A stretch of 64,000 nucleotides of DNA. Origin: Octopus vulgaris (taxonomy: Eukaryota). Below the pieces are notes generated by a model that made no database searches, was not told where the DNA came from, and saw only the letters and a list, made by a program, of their open reading frames with translations. Location: positions 22,940,001-23,004,000 of the forward strand of contig OX597825.1 of NCBI GenBank assembly GCA_951406725.2, in the 5' to 3' direction. Position numbers and translations under genes: made by a program. Shown here piece by piece: positions 42,425-55,705 of the stretch. Each line of letters begins with the position of its first letter. Position 1 is the stretch's first letter.

Positions 42425-42960
42425 GCATACTAAGATCTATATTGTCCAATGCATTTCCCCATTCCCATTATTTACGTCTGTAGGCTGTGACATGAATTTG
42501 GCTTCTGTTTCTAGCACAGCGAGTGACAAATTATAATATCCTTGTTAGCGCGCGTCCCATAGCGTAAAAACTAAAAGAACATCTCAAATCCGCATCGTTT
42601 GACGAAATATTTAAACATTTTAGCTGTAAATATCTTACCGCTAGCATCTTAAATTACATGTGTCCATTTGTAAAGAAACGTTGGGGGTCCATATTTTATT
42701 CATTTCTTTACTTAAGCTTGTCCGTAATTTTCCATCTTGATCGAGTTAACAGTCTCTGGAAACATCGTTAAGTAATTCCGTTCGATTCTTCCTGTACCAA
42801 ATTTTCCCCGAAGAAAAATCATAACTCAAGTTTGTGCTATTCAGCTTGGCACCATTAGAGTTTTCTGATTTGTTTTCGAGTTGAGCTTCAGTGAAACTTA
42901 AGTAAATCGTTATTGCAGGTACCCCTGTGGTTCTGTTGTTTTTGCTAGTCTTATCGACCT
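42425..42960 (+). repeat. copy 1 of a ~535-bp inverted duplication
   Basis: Reverse complement of 47177-47712 with scattered substitutions. Confidence 0.95.
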
Positions 42961-43669
42961 TTCTAGCAACGTAGGTGTTATTCTGAAACTCAATCAAGTT
43001 TAGTTGACGTCCATAATTTTCCTTTGTGGTAGTTAGCCTGCTTCGCCGTGTTTGTTTCGTCTCTCTTCATTATGCATTCAAATCCCACCGAGGTGAAAAT
43101 TACCTATTAATCATTTCGACATCGATGGTGGTGGGAAAGATTAGATTGGTAGAGATGTAAAAAAAATGTCATATCGTATCCCCGGAAGTAATTTCGGTTC
43201 TTTGGTTTCTGAGTTCAAATCTGAGCGCAGCTTAATTCACTGGTGGAATAATTCCTTTGGTTATTTTTACGCATCCACCTGGAATCATAATTACCATTAG
43301 CAGACCCTGTTCTGTTACAAATTTCTAGGGCTAATAATTGAAGACATCTCATTCCCACCATTCTTGGAGACGCTGTGTTCCACCCTGACTAAAAGACAAA
43401 ATAACATAAAACCGTAGCTTAATGTGTTTTTTTTTTATGTGATTGATCGTTATAATAATTGCGAAAGTGAAGAATTTGATTTCCCATAATAGAGCATGGA
43501 GAACTTGCGGAATCGCCTTTCCATTGTCTTTGTTGATCTGTAGTTATGTTTCAGCAAAGAGTTGCAGTTTTACTGTAACTTTAGTCAAGTTTTGGTTTAA
43601 TCTTATGCTTAGAACAACAAACTATAACCGATGAGGTACCTATTTGCAGTGAGGTACACTGGGCTAAAA

Positions 43670-43900
43670 GGCGGCGAGCTGACAGAAACGTTAGCACACC
43701 GGACGAAATGCGTAGCCGTATTCGTCTGCCGTTACGTTGTAAGTTCAAATTCGCCGAGGTCGACTTTACCTTTCATCCTTTCGGGGTCGATTAAATACAT
43801 ACCAGTTACGCACTGGGGTCGATATAATCGACTTAATCCTTTTGTCTGTCCTTGTTTGTCCTCTCTGTGTTTAGCCCCTTTTGGGTAGTAAAGAAATAGG
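43670..43900 (+). mobile_element. SINE family B, full length
   Basis: Homology; flanking direct repeat aggt.cactgggcta (probable TSD). Confidence 0.9.
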
Positions 43901-44038
43901 TTCACTGGGCTAGTCATCGATATTTAAGTATCTTTGTTATCTTTGCCGCGGAGTTGCTGTCGCATTACGGTCCTTTGTAGGCATAGCAACGCCTTAATGA
44001 TTTTACTGTGACGTTGTTTTGTTGGAAATTAAGGAACT

Positions 44039-44428
44039 TTACTCTTTTACTCTTTTACGTGTTTCAGTCATTTGACTGTGACCATGCTGGAGCACCGCCT
44101 TTAGTCGAACAAATCGACCCAAGGACTTATTCTTTGTAAGCCTAGCATTTATTCTATCGGTCTCTTTTGCAGAACCGCTAAGTTACGGGGTCGTAAACAC
44201 ACCAGCATCGGTTGTCAAGCGATGTTGGGGGTACAAACATATACACACGCATACATACATATATATATATATACATATATATGACGGGCTTCTTTCAGTT
44301 TCCGTCTACCAAATCTACTCACAAGTCTTTGGTCAGCCCGAAGCTATAGTAGAAGACACTTGCCCAAGTTGCTGTGCAGTGGTACTGAACCTGGAACCAT
44401 GCGGTTTGTAAGCAACTCCTACGCCTAT
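44039..44428 (-). mobile_element. SINE family A, near full length
   Basis: Reverse-complement homology to family A. Confidence 0.9.
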
Positions 44429-45164
44429 AACTTATTAACTTTTCATTCGAAGTAGCACCCATTATTTTCTAAATACATTCAGTTTGCTAAAATATATTCA
44501 GCAAACTTTATGACGGCGTTTTTGTATTGTTTATCATATGTTAACAACAAAGACATTAACAACAACAAAAACTCATCTTTAATTACTAAAAAGACGAGGA
44601 AGTCTGTCGCGAATAACCAGTTATTATGTACATCTTCAATTAGTCCTAAGTCTTATAATTCAATTAAACATTAATATATTTTCGAGAAATGCAACTGACT
44701 TCATCAGTTCTCTCAGGCACTCGGTAATAATTAATAGCAGTAAGTTCGTTCCTCTTATGTTTTGTATTTATGTGTTTTGACTTTCAACTGAAAGTTCTTT
44801 CAATAGCTTTCAAGAATCCAAGAATCACAAAATCACAATAGAACAGTATGGAATATTAAAATATGTGAATATTGAAAGCCAGTTTCAAATATGCAAATAT
44901 GAGTTACGATAATTCCAAGTACAATTTATACACAGTTATTACAGAATATTGTTACACAAAATCAACTTATGTGTCGTACATGACCAGGAACGGTTGTTAT
45001 TGTTCTTTAACTCAGGGGAAACCATGATCAGATGTCATGTCTGTCTGGTTTATTTCCAGCCATTTTATATTTGGGACCACACTAAATTACCACCTCAGAC
45101 TGGAATAACACCATCGTTCTTTTTCTTTTCACCAAACTACATATATATGTATTTACGTATCTTT

Positions 45165-45238
45165 CTGGGTATATTCTACTGACGAGGTAAAGCATTTTTA
45201 AATGCAAAGTCAGAAATCCGGGATCTAGAATTATCCAG
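45165..45238 (+). ncRNA. type I hammerhead ribozyme with AUC site, in a retrozyme-family monomer (~44980-45425)
   Basis: ctgggta-t-attcta-CTGACGA-ggt..gcattt/aaatgc..gtca-GAAA-TCC-g-GGA-TC-tagaat-tatccag; downstream ggctgctattttcagcatgg...ccatgctgacca matches the 21k and 23k units. Confidence 0.8.
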
Positions 45239-45462
45239 TAATTTTTTTACTAGTTTCATCTTGTCTCTTTGTCTTTTCTCCATGCGGCTACATGAAAACT
45301 TCAGGTGGTTTTAGAGACGGTTCATGGCTGCTATTTTCAGCATGGTGGTATCTCGTAGATACCCTAATTCATAATTTTAATAATTATTACCTTTGAAGGT
45401 TATTTTTTCCATGCTGACCACTTGATAAGTTCGTTATTTTATTTTAAATTAACGATCTTATT

Positions 45463-45578
<116 letters not shown>

Positions 45579-47176
45579 GTATATATTCAACTATGAAGTG
45601 TCGTAAACATTATCGAACACACCTAATCAATGTATGCGGTGGTGGTCGGTAGGGATTTGATACGGTGAAGATAACTCTCTCAAATTGCCGAGTGTTTAAA
45701 TACCCGATAGTGATAGTCATTGTCAGGCGAGACAACTCATTCAGGAGCGATGGACATTGATGTTTCGTCATTTTTGTGGCTTATCAGCATCGTGTATGTA
45801 TATATATGTATAAGGACGTACGTACACGCACAGTTAAATCAACATACACAAAAATTCAGACACTAAGTCCATACTCACATGAACAGATGTACAAATTTAT
45901 ACACACTGGAAATATACACACACATGCACAGTCACGTGGTCACACATCACACACGTTCACAAGGAAATATTATAATGCACATTGGGAAAGGAACCTCCAA
46001 CGCGTATGTACACATACAAACACACACAAACACGCACACACAACACGCACAGACTCCGTAAATTTACACAGCGTGTACCGAACTCACACCACATAATACA
46101 AACCATGGAATATATACACATACCTGTAGGTAAATATGACAAACACACGAAGAAACTAAAGGAATAATGACATAGAAACCCACACAAATTCAAGAATATA
46201 TCGCATAAAACCTTTATAAATCCAAGCATAATTTCAAAATCCAACGCATACTTTTGAACCCACGATCACGCATGATATGATCAATACACATATGTTTTCT
46301 TAAAGAAAAGTATACATAAGAACTTTCACACAAACTTAGAAAGCACACACATACGCACAGTCAAAGTAAAGACAAAAGCTTAAGCCATGGAAGTGTAAGT
46401 TCATGACGTGAACGAATGTGTTGCTAAGATGATGACGTCATCCGTTGTTCCGACTTTGTTTTTACGAGTAAGTCCCTCGGCTATATATTTTCTCTTGTAG
46501 CCCTTTGTCAACCAAAGCTTTGTGTATGAATTTCTGTAGGGGAAACAGGTACTGAAAAGATTTAGGATATAAAGGATATGATATATGTCTATATATTTAT
46601 ATATGGAATATTTTTATGTTGTATAATTTCAATTTTTTTTTTTTTTCTTTTTGTAATTTGGTTTCATGCGTAGACCTGTAAATGCTTCTTGCCTATTGGC
46701 AAATAAATATATGATATAAGAAACTAAGAAAATCGCTTTGAGGAGTGAATGTTCTTTGAATACTGGAAACATTATTTATTTCCATTATGTCTGAGGAGAA
46801 ACATTCTTTTTTTTCCTTTAATAACTGCATTGTGAAATAAGAGGAAAAAAATGCTTTTTAAATATATCTGTCGTTTATAGTCAGGTAAAGTAAACTATTT
46901 ACGTATGATAGAAATAGTAATAGGGCCAGTAAATTGAGAGCCATTCTTTTCCTGTATCTAATAGCAGCAATAAACAGTAACACCATAAATTTCAACTACC
47001 TAAATAGAATCAATACCAGCAATGATCCACAATAACATCGGAAAAAAATATTACAAACGGGAATGAGAAGCAAGAAAAGTAGACAATAATTCAAAATAAA
47101 CAGTGATACATGCAATGCAAGCAAGAAAAGTAAATTGTGTAAGATCATAAATAGCTCCACCAGCAACACTATCTTC

Positions 47177-47712
47177 AAGGTCGATAAGACTAGCAAAAAC
47201 AACAGAATCACAGGGGTACCTGCAATAATTATTTACTTTAGTTTCACTGAAGCTCAACTCGAAAACAAATCAGAAAACTCTAATGGTGCCAAGCTGAATA
47301 GCACAAACTTCAGTTGTGATTTTTCTTCGGGGAAAATTTGGTACAGGAAGAATCGAACAGAATTATTTAACGATGTTTCCAGAGACTGTTAACTCGATCA
47401 GGATGGAAAATTACGGACAAGCTTAAGTAGAGAAATGAATAAAATATGGATCCCCAAAGTTTCCTCACAAATGGACACATATAATTTAAGATGCTAGCGG
47501 TAACGTATTTACAGCTAAGATGTTTAAATATTTCGCCAAACGATGCGGATTTGAGATGTTCTTTTAGTTTTTATGCTATGGGACGCGCGATAACAAGGAT
47601 ATTATAATCTGTCACTCGCTGTGCTAGAAACAGCAGCCAAATTCATGTCACAGCCTACAGATGTAAATAATGGGGTTGGGGAAATGCATTGGACAATATA
47701 GACCTTAGTATG
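47177..47712 (-). repeat. copy 2 of the ~535-bp inverted duplication
   Basis: See 42425-42960. Confidence 0.95.
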
Positions 47713-47775
47713 CAAGAGCAATTACCGCTGAGGACAACAGATGATGATTTTAAATTTCTTAATATATATTATATA

Positions 47776-48220
47776 GGCGTAGGAGTGGCTGTGTAGTAAG
47801 TAGCTTGCTTACAAACCACATGGTTCCGGGTTCAGTCCCACTACGTGGCACCTTGGGCAAGTGTCTTCTACTATAGACTCGGCCCGACCAAAATCTCGTG
47901 AGTGGACTTGGTAGACGGAAACTGAAAAAGCCCGTCGTATATATATGTATATATATATATATGTGTGTGTGTGCGTGTGTGTGTGTCTGTGCCTGTGTGT
48001 ACATTTGTGTGTCTGTGTTTGTCCGCCCAGCATCGCTTGACAACCGATGCTGGTGTGTTTACGTCCCCGTAACTTAACGGTTCGGCCAAAAAAAGAAAGA
48101 CCGATAGAATAAGTACTAGGCTTACAAAGAATAAGTCATGGGGTCGATTTGCTCGACTAAAGGCGGTGCTCCAGCATGGCCACAGCCAAATGACTGAAAG
48201 AAGTAAAAGAGTGAAAGAGC
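47776..48220 (+). mobile_element. SINE family A, full length
   Basis: Homology to family A. Confidence 0.92.
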
Positions 48221-48225
48221 ATAGA

Positions 48226-48311
48226 GGGAGTAATTAACCAAGTGGGGTAATTGTTCTGCGGGGTAGTTGTCGTCGGGAGGAATTGTCCTCGGGGAGTAAC
48301 TGCCCTGATAC
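48226..48311 (+). repeat. degenerate ~15-bp GGGxxTAATTGTCC tandem, possibly a DNA-transposon subterminal array
   Basis: gggagtaatt.., ggggtaattgttc, cgggtagttgtc, gggaggaattgtcc, ggggagtaactgccc-tgatac. Confidence 0.4.
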
Positions 48312-49305
48312 GGACATTTTCAGCTATTTCATTACGTCTATCATTATAGATTTTCAGTGAATCTCCTCAGAGAATATCATTCAATTAATAATGTTCACAA
48401 ATGGGATTATGGACATATGGCTTAAGTGCCTTAATATACTTAATTCAATAGCCACGTCTGTCAAAATTCTTTGCTCTTAAGCTCGCTTCAGATCAAAATT
48501 ATAATCATTTAGTTAATGTCATGTATACCATTACTGCATCATTTTTGTTATTACAAATGACATAACGCTTATTTTAACGTTCAATAGGATCTTCACTTTG
48601 TTATTTTCTAATATATGTAGACGGCCATATTAGTATCAAATAACTTTATATCAAAAGAACATGACCAACATGAACAACAACAACAAGAACATCGTTAATA
48701 ACATTTAAAGAGTTGTAACTACATAACCAGGCATATATTCATTAATTACGTTCCGTGGCCGTGTCCCTTGGAATATATGGTGAGATATAGTTTTAGACAT
48801 CCTAATACAATATGGTGCTCTTTCTGATAATAAGACACGTCATATATACTATTTGAGTTATAAATATTCTGTGCAACGTGTATGGCCGTTGCTGTACGCA
48901 AATGCTATCGTTTCTTTTATGCTATCTGCGATCATTTATTAATGCAATTTATCGACTATTTTCTTGTGTTCCTGCAGTAAATTTTAAAAGAACATTCCCA
49001 TTTAAGCTCATTCATTTGTAGCCTTCATACATGGCGTTGATATGTTTTTCTTTCTACAATGAACGGAAAATGTAGTAGATCATTTGTGATTATAATTAGC
49101 AATACTCTGGCGTCTTTTCCGTGGCAGAGTTAACCGTTTTTTTTCCTTGGAAATTGTGAATCTTGTCGATACTTCGTAGACATGTGTAAGCATATATATG
49201 TTATATTTGTATGGTTTATTCTGCATATTCCTCACACTACATCTTACTTTAGTTTAAACATTTATAAAATTTAAATTTCTCTAGGAGCAATATTTTGACT
49301 CGCGA

Positions 49306-49570
49306 GGTGGTGAGTTGGCAGAAACGTTAGCACGCCAGGCGAAATGCTTATTGGTATTTCCTCTACCGCTACGTTTTGAGTTCGAATTCCGCCGAGGTCG
49401 ACTTTGCCTTTCATCCTTTCGGGGTCGATTAAATAAGTAGCAGTTGCGCACTGGGGTCGATATAATCGACTTAATCCGCTTGTCTGTCCTTGTTTGCCCT
49501 CTCTGTGTTTAGCCCCTTGTGGGTAGTATAGAAATAGGTATTTCGTCTGTCTTTACATTCTGAGTTCAAA
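49306..49570 (+). mobile_element. SINE family B (older copy follows at 49857-50050)
   Basis: Homology to family B. Confidence 0.88.
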
Positions 49571-51291
49571 TCTTTTGATGATGATACTGATTTCACAGAA
49601 ATAAGCAGTACATACAGTGGGTCTCATATAACGATTGGACACACTTTACACGCAAGTAACAAGGACTAGAGCAAGCGAATTTATTTTGAAAATGGTTTGC
49701 TGGGTTACCAAGGTATAGAATTTCATAACAACGTTTAAAGATTGAATATTATATCGCTGAGATAACTACCGCCTGATTTCCCTGTTCTGCAAAAACAAAA
49801 TGCGTCCCATCATTTTAAGAAACCATGTATTTTACTGAGAGTAACGTAGCGCTAAAGGCGGTGAGTTAGCAGAACAGTTAGTGCGTCGAACAAAATGCTT
49901 AGCTGTATTACTTCCAGATCTTTACTTTGCGAGTCCAAATGCCAACAAGGTCAATGTCGCCTTTCATCCACCCGGGGTGACAGAATATGGTACCAGCCAA
50001 GTGGTGGGATCAATGTAATCGACTTGCCCCCTTCCTTCAAAATGTCTGACCTTGCACTATGCCAGCAACAGATGTTCGGTTCAGTGGTGTGGGGGGATGT
50101 TGTGATCACTGTCACTTATATTCCATGGAAGCCAAGCGTCCGGACTTAAGTTCCTCGTGTCCTCGGATTCGGGAATCAAAATCTATAGTGCTACTAGTTT
50201 CGCGTGATATTTTTCATATTTCATTCTACCATTCCATTTCTGTTCTGCTGCGAAATTGTTAGCATCTATTAGGGGACACCGATAATTCTATTTTCAAATT
50301 ATTTTCATTTAATGTTTCAGAACTTCTCTTTCAATTTCAATTCTCTTCGTCCTTCAGCATTTCATTATCATCTTTGTGGGTTTTTTTGATTTTTGTTTCG
50401 CTGATTTGTTATTCTAAAGATCCTGCCTTTGTTTGCTTCGAAATATTTTATAGCATTATTCTATATGTTTGTGCATGATACATAGGTTCTATAATTATTT
50501 TTCTTTAAAATCGTGAATACAGAAACCATACGCTAAGTATTGTGATCTTCCTATCAAGCATTTATAATTTGCTTGACTTTCATTTCAGATTCTTCTATGC
50601 CAATTCTGTATTGCATTGTGCATCTTCTCACATCCATTTTCCGGACATAAATAATTCAGATATGGGTTATCTCAAAACAAAGACGCAAATAAGAAAGCTT
50701 CCATTACAAGAGAAAATAGCTATTTATTGACATGCATTTGGCGACATGAAACAGCTACTTATGTCATTTGAATTACATTTTCACTGGGAATCTTAAATAT
50801 TCAACCCTATTGAGAGACTGAATACATAAAAACATCCTTCATAAATCCTCATTTATCGCGTATCGCGTGTAACGTGACCTGCACCGGTGATTAACTGTGT
50901 GAAACTATAGGAAAAATGCCCATCTCCAAATGAAATTCTTATTGCTTATACTTTCCAAATAATATCTATGCATGAAATTCAATTCAAGATCTTCGTGTCT
51001 TCCAAAAGATATCGCCTACATAAATACCATTCGTTTCTTAAGGAATAAATATTGTTCCTCACTTGAATAAACCATTTCTTGCGTTCTATTCCTGGGATGA
51101 AATTTAAGTTATTTATGTTTTAACCATCGTTGTTTTCCTTCGAAAATAACATGATTCAAGAAGCAATTATTCTCCTAATATTAAATATTCATCTTATCTC
51201 ACTCAACAGTAAGTGGCTGCGTGAAGCTTATATGAAAAATCATTATATATGCTATATGGTGGTAGGCGCGCGCGCGCGTATGTGTGTGTGT

Positions 51292-51337
<46 letters not shown>

Positions 51338-51350
51338 GTATTATAGTATT

Positions 51351-51592
51351 TTATATTAGAGGAAAAAGCAAAAACCAAGGCAGAACGAGTATCTCAAGTC
51401 CATTAAAACAGTTTAATTAAGGTAAGGTGAATTTAAAGTCTTACAGCCGTTTCTGGGATAACCCAAGTGGTAGGCTAGCATGTCCATGCACTGGGCACTT
51501 CGTCATCAGAAACAAGGTATGAAATTCACCTTCCCCTAAATGACTTGAAATATTCGTTCTGGCTTGGTTTTTGCTTTTTTCCTCTAATATAA
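51351..51592 (-). repeat. fold-back element with ~53-bp arms and HHR at the apex (51438-51513)
   Basis: Arms 51351-51403 and 51539-51592; minus strand gttt-CTGATGA..gcccagtg/cacttgggt..GAAAC-ggct-GTA-AGAC; extra helix ggtgaattt/aaattcacc. Confidence 0.75.
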
Positions 51593-51735
51593 TAAGTACC
51601 CAGTATAACGGAACCCTAATACGGATTCCTTGATCCAGCCTCAGCTGTGAACTTGGAACCTAATGGGAGTCCAACTATAGCAGTTACTCAGCGTTATTAT
51701 TCATTTATATCACCAGTGAATTAAACCCCTCATAT

Positions 51736-51853
<118 letters not shown>

Positions 51854-51874
51854 CAACAGAATATCATGTAGTAA

Positions 51875-51960
51875 TGCAATACGGCCGTTTCAAGCGACTC
51901 CATTTAATTGAACAATGCAATCGTTACATCAATTTAAATGCTGTGCTATCTTCAGCAGCA
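51875..51960 (-). ncRNA. hammerhead ribozyme with GUA site, at the end of a probable Penelope-like fragment
   Basis: Minus strand tgctg-CTGAAGA-TAGC..CATTTAAATTGA/TCAATTAAATG..GCTT-GAAAC-GGCC-GTA-TTGCA; palindromic stem III; abuts (TA)n at ~51748-51851. Confidence 0.7.
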
Positions 51961-52733
51961 GAAATAAATAAATGGAATTTTTTAAATGATATAATTTTTC
52001 TTAAATATTTTAACAGAGTAATATGGAAGAAATTCATGTTGTCGCTATTGTAGCTAAGAATAGACTAGAACTTCCAAGAATCGAGTGGAGTCATAGGGTT
52101 GTAAGGGTTGAAATTCATTTCTTATTCATTTATCTCTGTATCAACGACTAAAGCTGAGGCTAGCAGACTGTGTCTATTTTAATAAAGGGCAAGAGTGAGT
52201 TGACAGCTCATGGCTAGGTATAGTCATAAATATTATCTTATGTGTTCCCTTTTCCCCAGGGGGGAAATAAGACATTAGGAGTAATCAAGTGGATATAAGT
52301 AACTGTCTATAAAAAGAGGCAGTGTAGGGGTAGACTTTAAATCATGATGTTAATTACCAGTTAAAGGGGCAAGACGCTAAGAAACCTAAGATATTAATAC
52401 CAAGGAAATTTCATTTAAGGGCACTATGGGGGAATGTTTATAAACAATATTGTTATTATGTATAAAAATAATATTCAAGAATTCCAAAAATGATATCATG
52501 TCCAAAATAGGTAAATGTGTGTATATATCAAATATAAATATTAAAAGGAAGATTACATACAATCAGTTTGATATCCATTCATGTACTTACTGAATTAATT
52601 ATTAGGTGATTTTTATAAGGACTGCTCAAGGCATTTACATATGGAAAAGGTGCTTTTAGTTTTAAGCCATGAATCAGAAAAGTGTGAAAATGCATACAGA
52701 TACGCACACATTTATATGTGCACATATGCATAT

Positions 52734-53308
<575 letters not shown>

Positions 53309-54002
53309 ATAAACACATATATATTTACACATACGCAAATATCTATACGCTTGTATAGATATAGTATAAATATCTCGCATAGATTTAAGTCACAGAAAAA
53401 TATCAATTTAATAACTAAAAAAATTTACAGTTTATAAGAGATAAGAGGTTAATAAGTACGGATATCAAAATAAGAAAACAAAATAATAAGAATTTATAGA
53501 AAATAATAAGAAATACATATAACCTACATATAAAGACATAGGGGATTAAAATTAGAGGCAAGGAACAGATAAAGGTAATTCTAAAAGAAGGGGTAATAGG
53601 TATGGAAATAGTGAGGGCAGTTAAAGGTTTTCAGACCGAAGAAATTTTGTAAGTTGTAATATTATAGGTGTTATTGTATGTATGATTTTATAGTTTCTTG
53701 CTTATTGTCATATTATTCACCTTACATCGAGCTGTGCGGATAATACCGGGGTGCTTTGGTGCTTCAATGTAAGTACTTAATTCAACTGACTCTTAATCAT
53801 TTCTTATATATATATATGAATTACATGACAACAGGTAAACTATTCTATTACCTTTAAATTAATAAACGCCAGAACCATAGATTTCGACCTCCCATGGTAC
53901 ATCTAAAATAATATTTATCTTAAAAGATGTAATTTTATCAATTCATTTTAATATTTTTTCTAGACATTGTTTATCATCATTAATTTGAAGTCCTGTAGAC
54001 TC

Positions 54003-54062
<60 letters not shown>

Positions 54063-54256
54063 TAACTTGGATAATTTTGATAACGAAAGTTTTGTTTGTA
54101 TTCCTACACATACCACTCCAAAAATACAATACCCATTGACAACAAGAAGAAACACTAAACGCCAATCAACAAACACACACATATATGAGTGTGTGAGTAT
54201 ATGTAAATATATATATATAAATGTATGTGTGTGCGCGCGTGTGTGTGTGTGCGCGC

Positions 54257-54287
<31 letters not shown>

Positions 54288-55474
54288 TTTGTGTGTCTGT
54301 GTTTGCACCCTCATCGGTTGACAACTGATACTGGTGATTTGCCTCCCCCGTAACTTAGCGGTTCGGGAAAATAAACCGATAGAATAAGTGCTAGGCTCAC
54401 AAAGTCCTGAGTTGGATATGGTGCTGCAGAAAGTGAGAGAACATCTAAAATATTCATATACATCCATGAACTATTTTTCTTTCTTCAATCGCGTTTTTTG
54501 CATAGACGTGTTCTTAAATGAAATGTCGTAACTCTCAATGCTGGCTGTAAATTCTATAAAAAATCTGCAAAAACAACTTTAAATTGTAATTACCTTTGTC
54601 ATGATTTACTTTAGTAAAGTTCACACAGATTCAATCATTCCCAACAGGTTTTAAGCTTGGAATCACCATCACGTTTCTGTGCATCGTCTCGATTTAAACT
54701 TCTCATTACGCCAAAAATTATAGAACTAAAGCACGACTCAATTTTTGATCTGATTCATCCAGCCTTGACACAGCTTATACCTTCTTATTCACACGAACAC
54801 CGCACGCCCTATTCTCCTTTCGAGACACATATTTCTCAAGTCCCATAAGCAATATAAAACCACTGCCATTAATACATGTTCTGTTCAAATTTCTCTTAAT
54901 CACATATCTTCGCAGGGTTTTAGCAATGTATTCTAATTAATAGAGTTCAGAATCTCTCTCTTTCACTTCTGTCCACACACATCTTATGCCTTTATCTATT
55001 TGAAACTAATCAAACCACCAGCAACACTTTGACCATACCTTCCCTGCTTTGAGGATCTATATCTCACCTAATTCTTTCTGAAATCAACGCAATTGTTGAC
55101 TTCAACACTTATACTTCATGCTATCTCTCATACTCATATTATACTAATACTTTTTGTTCAAAAGCCGAGTCTTGTAGCAATACTCAGTTTTTTGGTACAT
55201 CTACTTATCACATCAAAACCTGATACACAAACAAACGCCTTTCATTTCCTTCTTACATCCTGACATAGTATGTACCAAATTCTAACTACTTCTACTGTTG
55301 TCGGTACTGTCAATGTTGAAGCTTCACAGAATCCTGGGTAGGGGCCGTTATTAATATGTGGATGCGTGTTGAGTAATTGGGATGATGCAGAAAGCCCAAG
55401 GTACTTCATATGAGCTAACGCCACGTCAAAAACTGGCCAGTTCCCACAACTGTTTTGCACATGGCTCATCATGT

Positions 55475-55705
55475 GGAGGCACCATTATGTGGTTAGGGTG
55501 TTGGAATCACGATCCTAAGTTTGTGGTTTCGATTCATCTACCGGACCACTTTGAGCAAAACGCTTCATTTCACATTGCCTCAGTTCACTCAGCTGGCAAA
55601 AATTAGTAATCTTTCGATGGATTGGCGTCCTGTCCAGGTGAGGGAATATATACACCATGAAACCGAGAAACCGGCCCTTATGTGTTTGCGTAACTCGAGA
55701 AGGTT
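55475..55705 (+). mobile_element. tRNA-derived SINE (older, V/Meta-like core)
   Basis: ggaggcacc..gtggttagggtg..tttcgattc; cgatggattggcgtcctgtccaggt; gaaaccggcccttatg. Confidence 0.7.

Noticed and set aside
44670-44710. Minus-strand CTGATGA...GAAA-ATATAT-TA
   Set aside because: Stems I and II do not pair
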